From Patescibacteria group bacterium (GTDB lineage: Bacteria; Patescibacteriota; JAQUNI01): a stretch of 64,000 nucleotides of DNA. Below are positions 9,139-18,414 of the stretch, one piece after another. A program made the position numbers and the translations under genes. Every line of letters starts with the position of its first letter. The stretch's first letter is position 1. The notes beneath the pieces are model-generated. The model was not told the origin of the DNA, searched no databases, and was given only the letters and a program-made list of their open reading frames with translations. Location of the stretch: positions 143,451-207,450 of the forward strand of contig JAQUNI010000001.1 of assembly GCA_028717685.1 (NCBI GenBank), read 5' to 3'.

Positions 9139-10725
9139 TTATTTCAGCAATACTTCCAGAAGATTGATTCCCGTCATCTCTTTAGGTTTGGGGATGTCCA
9201 GGAACGCTAAAACTGTGGGCGCGATATCGGAAATTAGCCCTAAAGGATAACTCCCGTCAATATAATCAAGTGCGCTCTCTCTCCCCTTGCCTTTTAAATC
9301 TTCAGCAATCAAAATGACAGGCACGGGGTTACTACTATGTTTTGTCTCGGTGGTACCGGTCTTAAGATCTAATAATTCTTCCGCATTTCCATGATCTGCG
9401 GTTATAATAAGAGCGCCGCGCTGCGCTAAAACCTCATTCACAATTTGCTCTAAGCATTTATCCATGAACTCAACCGCTGAAATAGTAGCGGTTAAGTTCC
9501 CCGTATGACCCACCATATCTGGATTGGCAAAATTCACTACTATAAAGTCATATTTCTTTGCTTTCAATTCTTGGATAATACGCTTCGTTACCTCCGGAGC
9601 ACTCATCTGGGGTATTTCGGCATAATTTTTATTCCTTGGGGAGGGGATCAACACATAATCCTCACCCGGCCAGGGTTTTTCATATCCGCCATCAAAAAAA
9701 TAAGTTACATGGGCATATTTCTCAGTTTCAGCAATATGCATCTGGAAAAGTCCTGCCCGGCTTAATGTTTCCGCTAAAGTCATTTTTATTTTTTCCTCCT
9801 GAAAAGCCACATGAGATGGACAATTTTTACTATAAGCTGTCATGCCTACAAAAAACAAATCACGGATTTGTTTACCGCGTTCAAACTTTTTGAAATCATC
9901 TTCTATAAAAGCGCTGGTAATTTCGCGCGCCCGATCTGCCCGATAATTAAAAAAGATTAAAGCATCATGATCTTGCACTAATCCGACCGGTTTGTCATTT
10001 TTATCCACGATAACCAAGGGCTCAATATTTTCATCAAAAATATTTTGAGCGTAATAAGATTTAATTTCCTCATAAAAATTCTGTATCTTTTTGCCTTGCC
10101 CTTGCGCCATCATCCCATAGGCCTTCTCTACCCTATCCCAATGATTATCGCGGTCCATTGCAAAAAAACGGCCGCAGAGAGTAGCCACCTTCCCAATTTT
10201 TAAAGTGTGAATTTGGGAATCCAAAATTTTTAGATAAGAAAGACCGGCCTGCGGAGCAGTATCGCGCCCATCTAAAAAAGCGTGAATAAAAACGTCTTTA
10301 ACATCTTCCCCTTTAACTAGCTCCAAGAGGGCAAAGAGATGATCCATATAACTATGCACACCGCCAGAGCTCAATAACCCCATTAAATGCAAACGGGAAT
10401 TATTCTTTTTGACATGTTCTATTGCTTCCAAAAAAGCAGGAATTTTAAAAAATGAACCGTCTTCAATAGCGTTATTAATCTTAGGCAAGTCCTGTAAAAT
10501 GAGCCGTCCCGAACCTAAATTTAAATGCCCAACTTCGGAGTTGCCCATTTCCTGCCAAGGCAAACCAACAGCCTCCCCTGACGCTTGCAATGTGGCGGCG
10601 GGGAATGTTTTAGCAAGATCATTAAAAACAGGGGTCTGCGCTTCCCTCACAGCGTTCACCCGCGTCGGCGGACCAATGCCCCAACCGTCTAAGATAATTA
10701 AAACTACGGGACGATACTTTTTCAT
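9139..10725 (-). CDS. gpmI: 2,3-BPG-independent phosphoglycerate mutase
   Basis: ILDGWG, MGNSEVGH, DGRD, AETEKYAHVTYFF, NPDMVGHTG, TADHGNAE. Confidence 0.97.
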   Translation of the reverse strand: MKKYRPVVLIILDGWGIGPPTRVNAVREAQTPVFNDLAKTFPAATLQASGEAVGLPWQEMGNSEVGHLNLGSGRLILQDLPKINNAIEDGSFFKIPAFLEAIEHVKKNNSRLHLMGLLSSGGVHSYMDHLFALLELVKGEDVKDVFIHAFLDGRDTAPQAGLSYLKILDSQIHTLKIGKVATLCGRFFAMDRDNHWDRVEKAYGMMAQGQGKKIQNFYEEIKSYYAQNIFDENIEPLVIVDKNDKPVGLVQDHDALIFFNYRADRAREITSAFIEDDFKKFERGKQIRDLFFVGMTAYSKNCPSHVAFQEEKIKMTLAETLSRAGLFQMHIAETEKYAHVTYFFDGGYEKPWPGEDYVLIPSPRNKNYAEIPQMSAPEVTKRIIQELKAKKYDFIVVNFANPDMVGHTGNLTATISAVEFMDKCLEQIVNEVLAQRGALIITADHGNAEELLDLKTGTTETKHSSNPVPVILIAEDLKGKGRESALDYIDGSYPLGLISDIAPTVLAFLDIPKPKEMTGINLLEVLLK

Positions 10726-10762
10726 AGATGATTAACAAAAAAATAATCTAAAACATCTCTGA

Positions 10763-10914
10763 AAATTTCTAATTTTCAATAAATCAATTTTTAAACCTCT
10801 CACAGAATAAAGTTTATTGTATTTGATTTGATTAAAGGCTTGATGGGGATTTGAGATTTGAAAATTAAAAGAATTAAAAATTTAATAAAAATTGAAAATT
10901 AGAAATTAGAAATT
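10763..10914. repeat. Family A element, copy A2 (inverted relative to A1; overlaps the eno stop codon)
   Basis: Arms as A1; reverse-complemented spacer aligns ungapped to the A1 spacer at about 47/59 nt. Confidence 0.85.
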
Positions 10915-12198
10915 ATTTATCTGTTCCTCAATTTCCATCAGCCGATTATACTTACAAATCCTCTCACTCCGAGAAAGGGAGCCGGTCTTGATTTGTCCTG
11001 CCCGTGTCCCCACGGCTAAATCAGCGATAAAAGTATCGCAAGTTTCACCTGAACGATGAGAAATAATCGTGTCAAAATTATTTTTTTGGGCTTCTCTAAT
11101 ACAATCCAAGGTTTCCGTTAAAGTGCCGATTTGATTTAACTTGATTAAAATTGCATTTGCTGCCTTTTCTTGAATCGCTCGCTTTAATCTCTGAAGGTTG
11201 GTCACTAAAAGATCATCGCCAATAATTTGAACTTTCTCTCCTAATTTCTGCACAAGCGAAATCCAGCCTTGCCAATCATCTTCAGCTAAACCATCTTCAA
11301 TGACGGAAATCGGATACTTTTCCACCCATTCACAATAAAGACCGACCATCTGATCGCTGGAGAGAGACAAGCCTTCATTTTTAAAAAGATAGCTTCCTTG
11401 CTCAAAGAAAGAGCTTGCCGCCACATCTAAACCCAAAACAAAATCCACAGGCATTTTAAAACCGCCTCTCGCCATTGCTTCAACAACAAGCTCTACCGCC
11501 TGCTGATTAGAATCCAGATTAGGCGCCAATCCTCCCTCGTCGCCCACATTAGTATTATACCCTTTCTCTTTACACAGTTCGCGCAAACAATGAAAAACTT
11601 CGCTGCCCATTCTCACCGCTTCAGTAAAACTCCCTGCCCCTGCTGGAACCGCCCAAAACTCCTGAAAGGATAAACGATTATCCGCATGTTTCCCGCCTTC
11701 TAAAAGATTGAAACAGGGCATCGGCAAATCTTCGGAAATTGGTTTAATTATAAAACTATCTTTATTGTTGCTCGGCACAGATGAAAGTTTGCGAATCCAT
11801 TGCCAAAGTTCTAATTTTTGCATTTGAGCGGCAACACGGGCAACACCCAAAGAGACAGAAAGAATCGCATTTGCCCCCAAACGGGATTTATTCTCCGTGC
11901 CATCCAGCCCCATCATCCGCTCGTCAATCTCTTTCTGTTTTACAACATCCATACCCTTTAAGGCTTCTAAGATTTCATTATTGACATTCTTGCAAGCTGT
12001 AAGCACCCCTTTACCTAAATATCTTTTCGGGTCATTGTCCCGTAATTCCCACATCTCAAACTTACCCGTCGAAGCTCCCGAGGGTACCGCGGCTTTTGCT
12101 TTCAAACCATTATCTAAAACAATTTTTGTTTCAATTGTCGGCTCGCCGCGGGAATCTAAGATCTCCCGGGCTTTAATGGTTTTTATTTTAGAGGACAT
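10906..12198 (-). CDS. eno: Enolase
   Basis: AREILDSRGEPT, VPSGASTG, GDEGG, ILIKLNQIGTLTET, SHRSGET. Confidence 0.98.
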   Translation of the reverse strand: MSSKIKTIKAREILDSRGEPTIETKIVLDNGLKAKAAVPSGASTGKFEMWELRDNDPKRYLGKGVLTACKNVNNEILEALKGMDVVKQKEIDERMMGLDGTENKSRLGANAILSVSLGVARVAAQMQKLELWQWIRKLSSVPSNNKDSFIIKPISEDLPMPCFNLLEGGKHADNRLSFQEFWAVPAGAGSFTEAVRMGSEVFHCLRELCKEKGYNTNVGDEGGLAPNLDSNQQAVELVVEAMARGGFKMPVDFVLGLDVAASSFFEQGSYLFKNEGLSLSSDQMVGLYCEWVEKYPISVIEDGLAEDDWQGWISLVQKLGEKVQIIGDDLLVTNLQRLKRAIQEKAANAILIKLNQIGTLTETLDCIREAQKNNFDTIISHRSGETCDTFIADLAVGTRAGQIKTGSLSRSERICKYNRLMEIEEQINNF

Positions 12199-12204
12199 AA
12201 ATTA

Positions 12205-12345
12205 AATTTAAAATTCAAAACTAAAAATGAAAAATTATCATCGCTTTGCGAGATCTCGCGAAGCGAGACAATGCAAAATTTTAAAAATTTTTATCATTTT
12301 TACATTTTAATTTGTCATTTTGATTTTTAATTTTTACACTTTACA
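12205..12345. repeat. Family B element (AAAATTC/ATTTTGA arms) with nested GCGAGATCTCGCGAAGCGAGAC palindrome
   Basis: The same composite recurs at 59547-59745. Confidence 0.8.
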
Positions 12346-14145
12346 TTATAATTTAAATTCCCTATCCTCCACCAAATCGGTCTTAAATTCACGCGCGGCT
12401 CCATTCCAGTCAATTTTCACATTTAACTCGTGATCTACTGTCCCTGCCTGTTTCTGGGCATAAAGAGAATAAGCTTGCTCAGTTATTCTAATCGGCAGTT
12501 TGTATTCTAAAGTGACCGACTCGGTCGTTTTTGGTTCTGTGACTTTAAAAAAGGAAAACACAGTCTTGCCTAATTCTTCATAGGTCGCGGGTTCGCTTTC
12601 ATTGCCGGAAATATTGATTAATTCCGCTCCTTTGGGCACATAAACGCGCGCATAGGTGCGGTAGCGCGTTGACCGCCAGTTAAATTCGCCAATGTGATTG
12701 TAAGTCATTGTAAGGCGCGCGATAGGATTTCCTTTCCCATCCCAATTCACCTCATAATCAATAGTGCGCTTTACAAAGGGGTCGCTTTTAAGGCTCGCTA
12801 AATTGCAATCAACATACAAGAAATAATCGCTAGGCGTTTCCTTTATCCGCCCATCCCAATCAGATAAAGCAATTATTTTCTGCAAGGCAGGGTCATTAAG
12901 ATAAACTAACGCATGCTTTTCACTAAATCCCTGGACAACAATATTAAAGAGTTCCAATAATTTATCCTTGGGCAAAGTTAATGCCCGAGCAATGAGAATC
13001 TCGCCAAAATCGCTAATAATACCTTTACGCTGCGTTTTATCCTCAAATTTATAAAAATTCTTTTCCACGTGAAATTCCAATTGGTCAGTAAAATTTTCGC
13101 TGGTGAACTCATAAGGATAATCGGGGACCTTCACCGACCCCGTCAATTGCAAAATCTTCTCAATGAACGTAGGAGTAATAGCGATGACGCCATCCAATGC
13201 TTCCCCTCCCCCTTCTAATTTATAAAACCACTCCGCTTTTTCGGCGGCTACAGAAAAATCAGGGGACCAGTTGGAATCACGAAAATACCATTCAAATCTT
13301 TTATTATAATCTTGAAAAGGCTTCGGCGTCTCAATTTCACTAGTATACTGTTTATCTAAATTATAAGAATCATCGGTAGTGAAACTCGCAATCTCGCCAT
13401 TTTTCAATTTCAAAATACCATAGGTGCCGATAAAACCACCCGATGGCCTCAACTCCGTATTATTTTGAAACAGAAAAAGATAAGTCTTCTCTTGTGGATA
13501 TCCCAGCATATTGGGTAAAACCTCCGATGCAAGAATAAGTTTATCCACTGTCTTTTGCAATAAGGGCATTTTTCCCTTCATCAAATCAATAGTTCCACCA
13601 ATTTGCGGCAAAAGACCGATAGTGCTAATACTCTCTAAATCCCTTTTTGCTTCTTCTAGTTTATGCTTAGTCTCCTCTAATAAAGGTGTCGATTCAGAAA
13701 GCACCTTCAGACTTTCTCTCTTTTTTTCCTCCCCCGCTTTCTCTAGTGTACTATCCAGAGGATTCAGAACGGTATTGGCAACATTGGCTAGGTTAGCAAG
13801 CGCTCCGCTCAACTCGGAAGCGGAAATAAGCAGGCTGTCTATGGCAACCACCTGATTACCAAGAAGGGGAATTCCTTTATACCAAGCGAGGCGCCCCATC
13901 TTATCGCGGGCGGCAAGGAATTCTTGGTGGGCTAGAGTTAGATGTAAGGAGGCGTCTTTTAAATTGCCCGCGGACAACTCTTCTTCCGCTTTTGCCACAA
14001 AGCTTTTGCCGCGCGAAGCATGGGAGTAGACTGCCCACACCGGCTGACCAAAAACCAAACCCACAATCAAAACAAGGGCTAGAATAACAATAATGAATTT
14101 TAAATTGCGATGTTTGGGTTCTTCTTGAGTTGAAAGAGAAAACAT
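12346..14145 (-). CDS. DUF4012-domain membrane-anchored protein
   Basis: N-terminal TM, helical stalk, YLFLFQNNTELRPSGGFIG and FRDSNWSPDF motifs; next to glycosyltransferases. Confidence 0.85.
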   Translation of the reverse strand: MFSLSTQEEPKHRNLKFIIVILALVLIVGLVFGQPVWAVYSHASRGKSFVAKAEEELSAGNLKDASLHLTLAHQEFLAARDKMGRLAWYKGIPLLGNQVVAIDSLLISASELSGALANLANVANTVLNPLDSTLEKAGEEKKRESLKVLSESTPLLEETKHKLEEAKRDLESISTIGLLPQIGGTIDLMKGKMPLLQKTVDKLILASEVLPNMLGYPQEKTYLFLFQNNTELRPSGGFIGTYGILKLKNGEIASFTTDDSYNLDKQYTSEIETPKPFQDYNKRFEWYFRDSNWSPDFSVAAEKAEWFYKLEGGGEALDGVIAITPTFIEKILQLTGSVKVPDYPYEFTSENFTDQLEFHVEKNFYKFEDKTQRKGIISDFGEILIARALTLPKDKLLELFNIVVQGFSEKHALVYLNDPALQKIIALSDWDGRIKETPSDYFLYVDCNLASLKSDPFVKRTIDYEVNWDGKGNPIARLTMTYNHIGEFNWRSTRYRTYARVYVPKGAELINISGNESEPATYEELGKTVFSFFKVTEPKTTESVTLEYKLPIRITEQAYSLYAQKQAGTVDHELNVKIDWNGAAREFKTDLVEDREFKL

Positions 14146-14153
14146 TTATGAAT

Positions 14154-14290
14154 AAATTTTTAATTTTCAATTTCTAATTCTTTTAATTTATAAACCATTT
14201 ACCCAATGGAAAATTTAAAATTGCTAATGGGTTTTGAAAATTCATTCATTAAAAATTTAATGAAAATTAAAAATTAGAAATTGAAAATTC
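14154..14290. repeat. Family A element, copy A3
   Basis: Arms ...TTTTCAATTTCTAATT...AAAC / GTTTTGAAAATTCATTCATTAAAAATTTAATGAAAATT... Confidence 0.8.
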
Positions 14291-14300
14291 TTTATCGTCA

Positions 14301-15170
14301 CTAACGAGATACCTGTCTGCTCAATGTCCGTGCCCGCGAGAAATTATTTTCTAATCTTTCTTCCCTTGGCTTCGGCACTCCGAAGTATTTAATAAAATAT
14401 TTCACCGCACTCCTGATATGGATTCGCGCCGCGCGATTGAATAAGGCGGAAAATCCTGATTCAACCGCGCTATCTCGGCGATGGTAATGAATCATTTCGG
14501 CTTCCGGATAATAATAAACCTTCCAACCTTTTTCCCAAAAACGCCGGCACCAATCCATATCTTCAAAATATAAGAAATAACGTTCATCCATTAATCCTAC
14601 GTCTCTAATAGCCGCTAGCCGCACCATCATACAAGCGCCAAAAATCCAATCTACCTCCTGAATCTTCTTGTGATTAATATCTTCCATTAAAAACTTCTGA
14701 AGAGCTTTCTTGGCAAAACCAAAGCGACCTAAAAATGTTCTCCGATAAAGAATGAGTTTCGGGGTAATAAACCTGCGGCAAGAACTCTGCACAGACAAGT
14801 CTGGATTTAAAAGTTTAGGGCCGATTAAAGCGACCTCGGGGCGCTTCTCCATAAACTCTAACATTTTTTCTAAAGCATTGCCTCGCATGATAATGTCTGG
14901 ATTTAAAAAAACCAAATATTTTGCCGTATTGGGCGCGTTATTAATTCCCCAATTAATTGCCGTTCCAAAACCGCTATTATACTGCGAGGCTAGAACCTTA
15001 ATCTCGGGAAAATCCTTCTGCATCATCGCGAAAGATTCATCTTCCGAAAAATTGTCAATCACTAAAATTCTCCTTTCCATCCCGGGATTATTTTTTAAAA
15101 TGGAATCCAAACACTGCCGCAATAACGCAGGGGTTTTATAGTTGATAATGACGATAAAAAAATTATCCAT
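14301..15170 (-). CDS. GT2 glycosyltransferase (WbbL-like)
   Basis: VIINY, IDNFSED, FLNPD, VDWIFGACMM, YFEDMDWC. Confidence 0.92.
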   Translation of the reverse strand: MDNFFIVIINYKTPALLRQCLDSILKNNPGMERRILVIDNFSEDESFAMMQKDFPEIKVLASQYNSGFGTAINWGINNAPNTAKYLVFLNPDIIMRGNALEKMLEFMEKRPEVALIGPKLLNPDLSVQSSCRRFITPKLILYRRTFLGRFGFAKKALQKFLMEDINHKKIQEVDWIFGACMMVRLAAIRDVGLMDERYFLYFEDMDWCRRFWEKGWKVYYYPEAEMIHYHRRDSAVESGFSALFNRAARIHIRSAVKYFIKYFGVPKPREERLENNFSRARTLSRQVSR

Positions 15171-15180
15171 AAAATATAAT

Positions 15181-16569
15181 TTACTCTAGAGTTTCTCCTT
15201 TTGGCAAGCTGTCTAGATATTGAGCTGAAACGATTTTAACCCAGCTCCATTTATAACCTAAAGATTTGAATGTCTCTAAATTCTTGATGGGACGCAGATT
15301 ACCATATTCCACCGCATAAATACCAGGGCGACCTTTCGCCTGGACAATAACACCGTCATTTAAAACCATAGGTTTATCCGTGGGATAGCTTGCCATTTCT
15401 TCCTCCGAAATAATCTTAACATCCTTCCAAGAATAGCTATTGGCTTGAAAAACATTCCATTCCGCAATATGGCGGCGTTTGCCATAATCCAAGACATAAA
15501 TCGCCGGATTTTTCTTAGTGCGAATTAAAGTGCCGTCAATTTTTTTGGCTCCCGATTCCGCCGCCGGACCGCCCGCAATGCTCGCAAGTTCTATATCGCT
15601 TATCTTTTTTACATCTCCCATCTTATAACCCAAATCTTTTAAAACTTTCATACTGGCAATATGGCGGCGGCGGTTGTTTTCAATGACATAAATTGCCGGA
15701 CCGCTGCCCCGCACCAATGTTCCGTTGGGATAAGTCATTCGCAATCCTGAATTCGGGTAACCGTCAATTTCGCTTTGGTCCACCGCAATAATCTGACTGT
15801 TGCTATAACCGCGAGCCTTGAAGACAGCCAAATTAGTAATCAACATCTTTTCCACCCGCTCTTCATCTTCATTATATATGGTGAGATAGATCGCTCGCCC
15901 TCCTTGCGCGCGCAAGAGATTGCCGGCAGGATGAGAAAGCAAAAACCAATTTCGCCACCCCTGCCAAAGAAGCACAAAATTGCGGTTGGCGCCGTGATTC
16001 ACGCCATCACCCACCACCGGCGTATAGTTGTAATTCACCGCCGTGGCAATATTTTTTGGCTTAACAATTTCGCCATCTTCGGTCTTCGCCTCTTTTCCTA
16101 CTTGGAAGGTATAATTTTCTGGATATTGAAGATAACGATTGCGAATCTGCCAAGCCGCGGATTCCACTTGTTTTTGAAAACCCTTATACCGTTCATCGCA
16201 GGCTCCGCCGGAAGGACAGGCAAACCCCATGGCATAATCCAGAGCGCGAGCTGACCGCGCCGCCGCGCTTTTAATTAAAGACTGCTCTTTCTGCAGGGTG
16301 GTTAAAAGCCAACAAGTGCTAATTTCATAATCCCTATAAGCATTGGCGATTACTTTTGCCGCGCTCGCGTCTTCCACGGCATAATCAGCCAGACAGCTCC
16401 CCTGCGCTTCCAGAAAGCGCTGCACCTCTTTTTCGGTTCTTAGATTGCAAGAATAAAGCTCATTATCCGACAAAAGGTTATTTTTGTCAAAATCAAAGGC
16501 TAAAACAAGGTTGGGGATAACTAGCGATAATATTCCTAAAATTAAGAAAATCTTTGTTTTTGTAGTCAT
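15181..16569 (-). CDS. Secreted protein: putative lysozyme-like N-domain plus four ~64-aa repeats
   Basis: Signal peptide; LQKEQSL...AMGFACP...YNYTP; repeats GxLxRxxGxxAIY...RRHI...GY. Confidence 0.7.
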   Translation of the reverse strand: MTTKTKIFLILGILSLVIPNLVLAFDFDKNNLLSDNELYSCNLRTEKEVQRFLEAQGSCLADYAVEDASAAKVIANAYRDYEISTCWLLTTLQKEQSLIKSAAARSARALDYAMGFACPSGGACDERYKGFQKQVESAAWQIRNRYLQYPENYTFQVGKEAKTEDGEIVKPKNIATAVNYNYTPVVGDGVNHGANRNFVLLWQGWRNWFLLSHPAGNLLRAQGGRAIYLTIYNEDEERVEKMLITNLAVFKARGYSNSQIIAVDQSEIDGYPNSGLRMTYPNGTLVRGSGPAIYVIENNRRRHIASMKVLKDLGYKMGDVKKISDIELASIAGGPAAESGAKKIDGTLIRTKKNPAIYVLDYGKRRHIAEWNVFQANSYSWKDVKIISEEEMASYPTDKPMVLNDGVIVQAKGRPGIYAVEYGNLRPIKNLETFKSLGYKWSWVKIVSAQYLDSLPKGETLE

Positions 16570-16775
16570 TGTTTTTAAAAAAATGAAACTAAACTTAAGC
16601 GGATAAGCGAGAATATTCGCCTAAAGAATACTCTTGTTTGCACATTCCAATCATAACAAAAAAAAGAGGAAAGGTCAAAAATGGAATTAGGAATAATAAA
16701 AAATGGCTTAATAAAGAATAAGCCATTGAAATTCTACGCCCTTCTTAAGAGGGTGGAATGCACACCTAGCCATCT

Positions 16776-16910
16776 TTATCCTCCGTGTAATATCGCCTTT
16801 GCGAAGTCATCTCCTAAAGAACTCAACATTCCAGGAAATTTTATGCAAATATAGGCAACAGCCGCGATAAAAATTATGATAACAAATCCGATAATAATTT
16901 TCTTCCGCAT
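16776..16910 (-). CDS. 44-aa single-TM small protein (below the ORF-track cutoff)
   Basis: AAAGGAGG RBS; MRKKIIIGFVIIIFIAAVAYICIKFPGMLSSLGDDFAKAILHGG. Confidence 0.6.
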   Translation of the reverse strand: MRKKIIIGFVIIIFIAAVAYICIKFPGMLSSLGDDFAKAILHGG

Positions 16911-16989
16911 AATATACCTCCTTTTAGGCACTCTCGCTGATTCAGGTCTCCCAAGCCCATAATATGCAAGTCAACAATCAATTCTTAAT

Positions 16990-17268
16990 CTATCGCTTTA
17001 CCTTTTTTCCGGATGAAAGCCGCGGCGATTCAATTTTTCCGCCCAATTCTTCATAAATTTTAGCAATCGGGCGACCGGGGTTAGTATCATTAAAAGTAAT
17101 ATAAATATCTTCTTCCAGTTCAAAACGAAGCTGGATACCATTATATGACATCTTTGCTTTCTTGCCATTGACAAAACAACCCTTTTCATCAATATGGACT
17201 GTGATTTCAGAGACTGGGAAACTGCCCACAGCAATTCGTTGTGCCTTAAAAGTCGCCTCAAACATCAT
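16990..17268 (-). CDS. Hypothetical protein
   Basis: GGGAGG RBS before ATG at 17268; ~92 aa. Confidence 0.6.
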   Translation of the reverse strand: MMFEATFKAQRIAVGSFPVSEITVHIDEKGCFVNGKKAKMSYNGIQLRFELEEDIYITFNDTNPGRPIAKIYEELGGKIESPRLSSGKKVKR

Positions 17269-17283
17269 TCGCACCTCCCTTAA

Positions 17284-18279
17284 TCACTCAAAAAAACTTC
17301 TGACCTCTCTTGCTTTAACCCTGCGATTTGCCATAATCGCCCGCCGCTTTTTAAAGGCGTGCGGAAGTTGCTTCACTAATTTTAAAAAAGAACCAAACAA
17401 GCGGGGTTCGCGCAATAAAACATAACCCCAGCGCTTCAACTCATACCATAAGATAAAAGGCGAATCTAATAAATAATGCCGCAGAAAATCGTTTTTAACA
17501 AGCATCAAGCTATGATTCTTAAAAGAAAAGTATTTCGCGCGGAAAGAATGCTTTTTCTTCTCTCGCAAAAAATCTTTACCTTTTGCCTGTTCGCCTAAGC
17601 CTGTGCCGCGCTCGTGGTAGGCGATAGCGCGAGGCGCATAGACGCATTTCCAGCCGTATAGATTCATGCGCCACGAGAGATCAATGTCTTCTTTATAATT
17701 TTCAAAATCGCAGTCAAAATATTCGCCGAAGATTCGCACGTCTTGAAGCGCTTTTTTCCGAAAGACAGGCAAAGCGCCTGAAACGCCAAAAACTTGCTCT
17801 TCTTTCCTATATTGCCCCGCGTCAGCTTCACCGTGCCCGCGGTCAATCACGCGGCGGCTTTTAAAAATTTTAAAACCTGTGGAGTCAATAATGTCAGTCT
17901 TTGTTCCATCCTCTTTCATTTGCAATAGTTTACCCGCCAAAGCGCCGACGCGGTCATCCTTCTCCATCACTCCAACCGCGCGCGCAACAAAATCATCTTC
18001 CAAAATGATATCGGGATTCATACAGATCACATATTGACCAGAAGCCTGTCTGATTCCCATATTATGACCCTCGGCATAACCTAGGTTTCTCTTATTGTCA
18101 ATAATCTTAATTTCGCGGAAAATTTTCCGCACAAAATCCACCGAATGATCTTCGGAGCCGTTATCAATAAACACGATTTCCAAATTCGGATAAGTCTGTT
18201 CCAAAACCGAATCAAAAGCTTGCTTTAGATATTTCTTACTGTTCCAACCCAAGAGATTGATGGTGACTTTGGGGTTCAT
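17284..18279 (-). CDS. GT2 glycosyltransferase
   Basis: IDNGSED, NLGYAEGHN, MNPD, YKEDIDLSWR. Confidence 0.92.
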   Translation of the reverse strand: MNPKVTINLLGWNSKKYLKQAFDSVLEQTYPNLEIVFIDNGSEDHSVDFVRKIFREIKIIDNKRNLGYAEGHNMGIRQASGQYVICMNPDIILEDDFVARAVGVMEKDDRVGALAGKLLQMKEDGTKTDIIDSTGFKIFKSRRVIDRGHGEADAGQYRKEEQVFGVSGALPVFRKKALQDVRIFGEYFDCDFENYKEDIDLSWRMNLYGWKCVYAPRAIAYHERGTGLGEQAKGKDFLREKKKHSFRAKYFSFKNHSLMLVKNDFLRHYLLDSPFILWYELKRWGYVLLREPRLFGSFLKLVKQLPHAFKKRRAIMANRRVKAREVRSFFE

Positions 18280-18324
18280 AGAATTCTAATAAGAAAATGC
18301 ATTAAAGAAGTATGTATAATTCAA

Positions 18325-18404
18325 TCATTGTTTCATTGTTGTTTTATTTTAGCAATGAAACAATGGAGCGAGGGCGAAGCCCGAGCGAGAACAATGAAAC
18401 AATG
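18325..18404. repeat. Octamer (CAATGAAA) inverted element with nested GCGAGGGCGAAGCCCGAGC hairpin
   Basis: CATTGTTTCATTGTT...CAATGAAACAATG; related copies at 39791-39890 and inside murC. Confidence 0.75.
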
Positions 18405-18414
18405 ATTCTGTAAA

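Noticed and set aside
11730-11790. Extra loop residues in enolase as a repeat insertion
   Set aside because: No palindrome or periodic unit visible in the DNA
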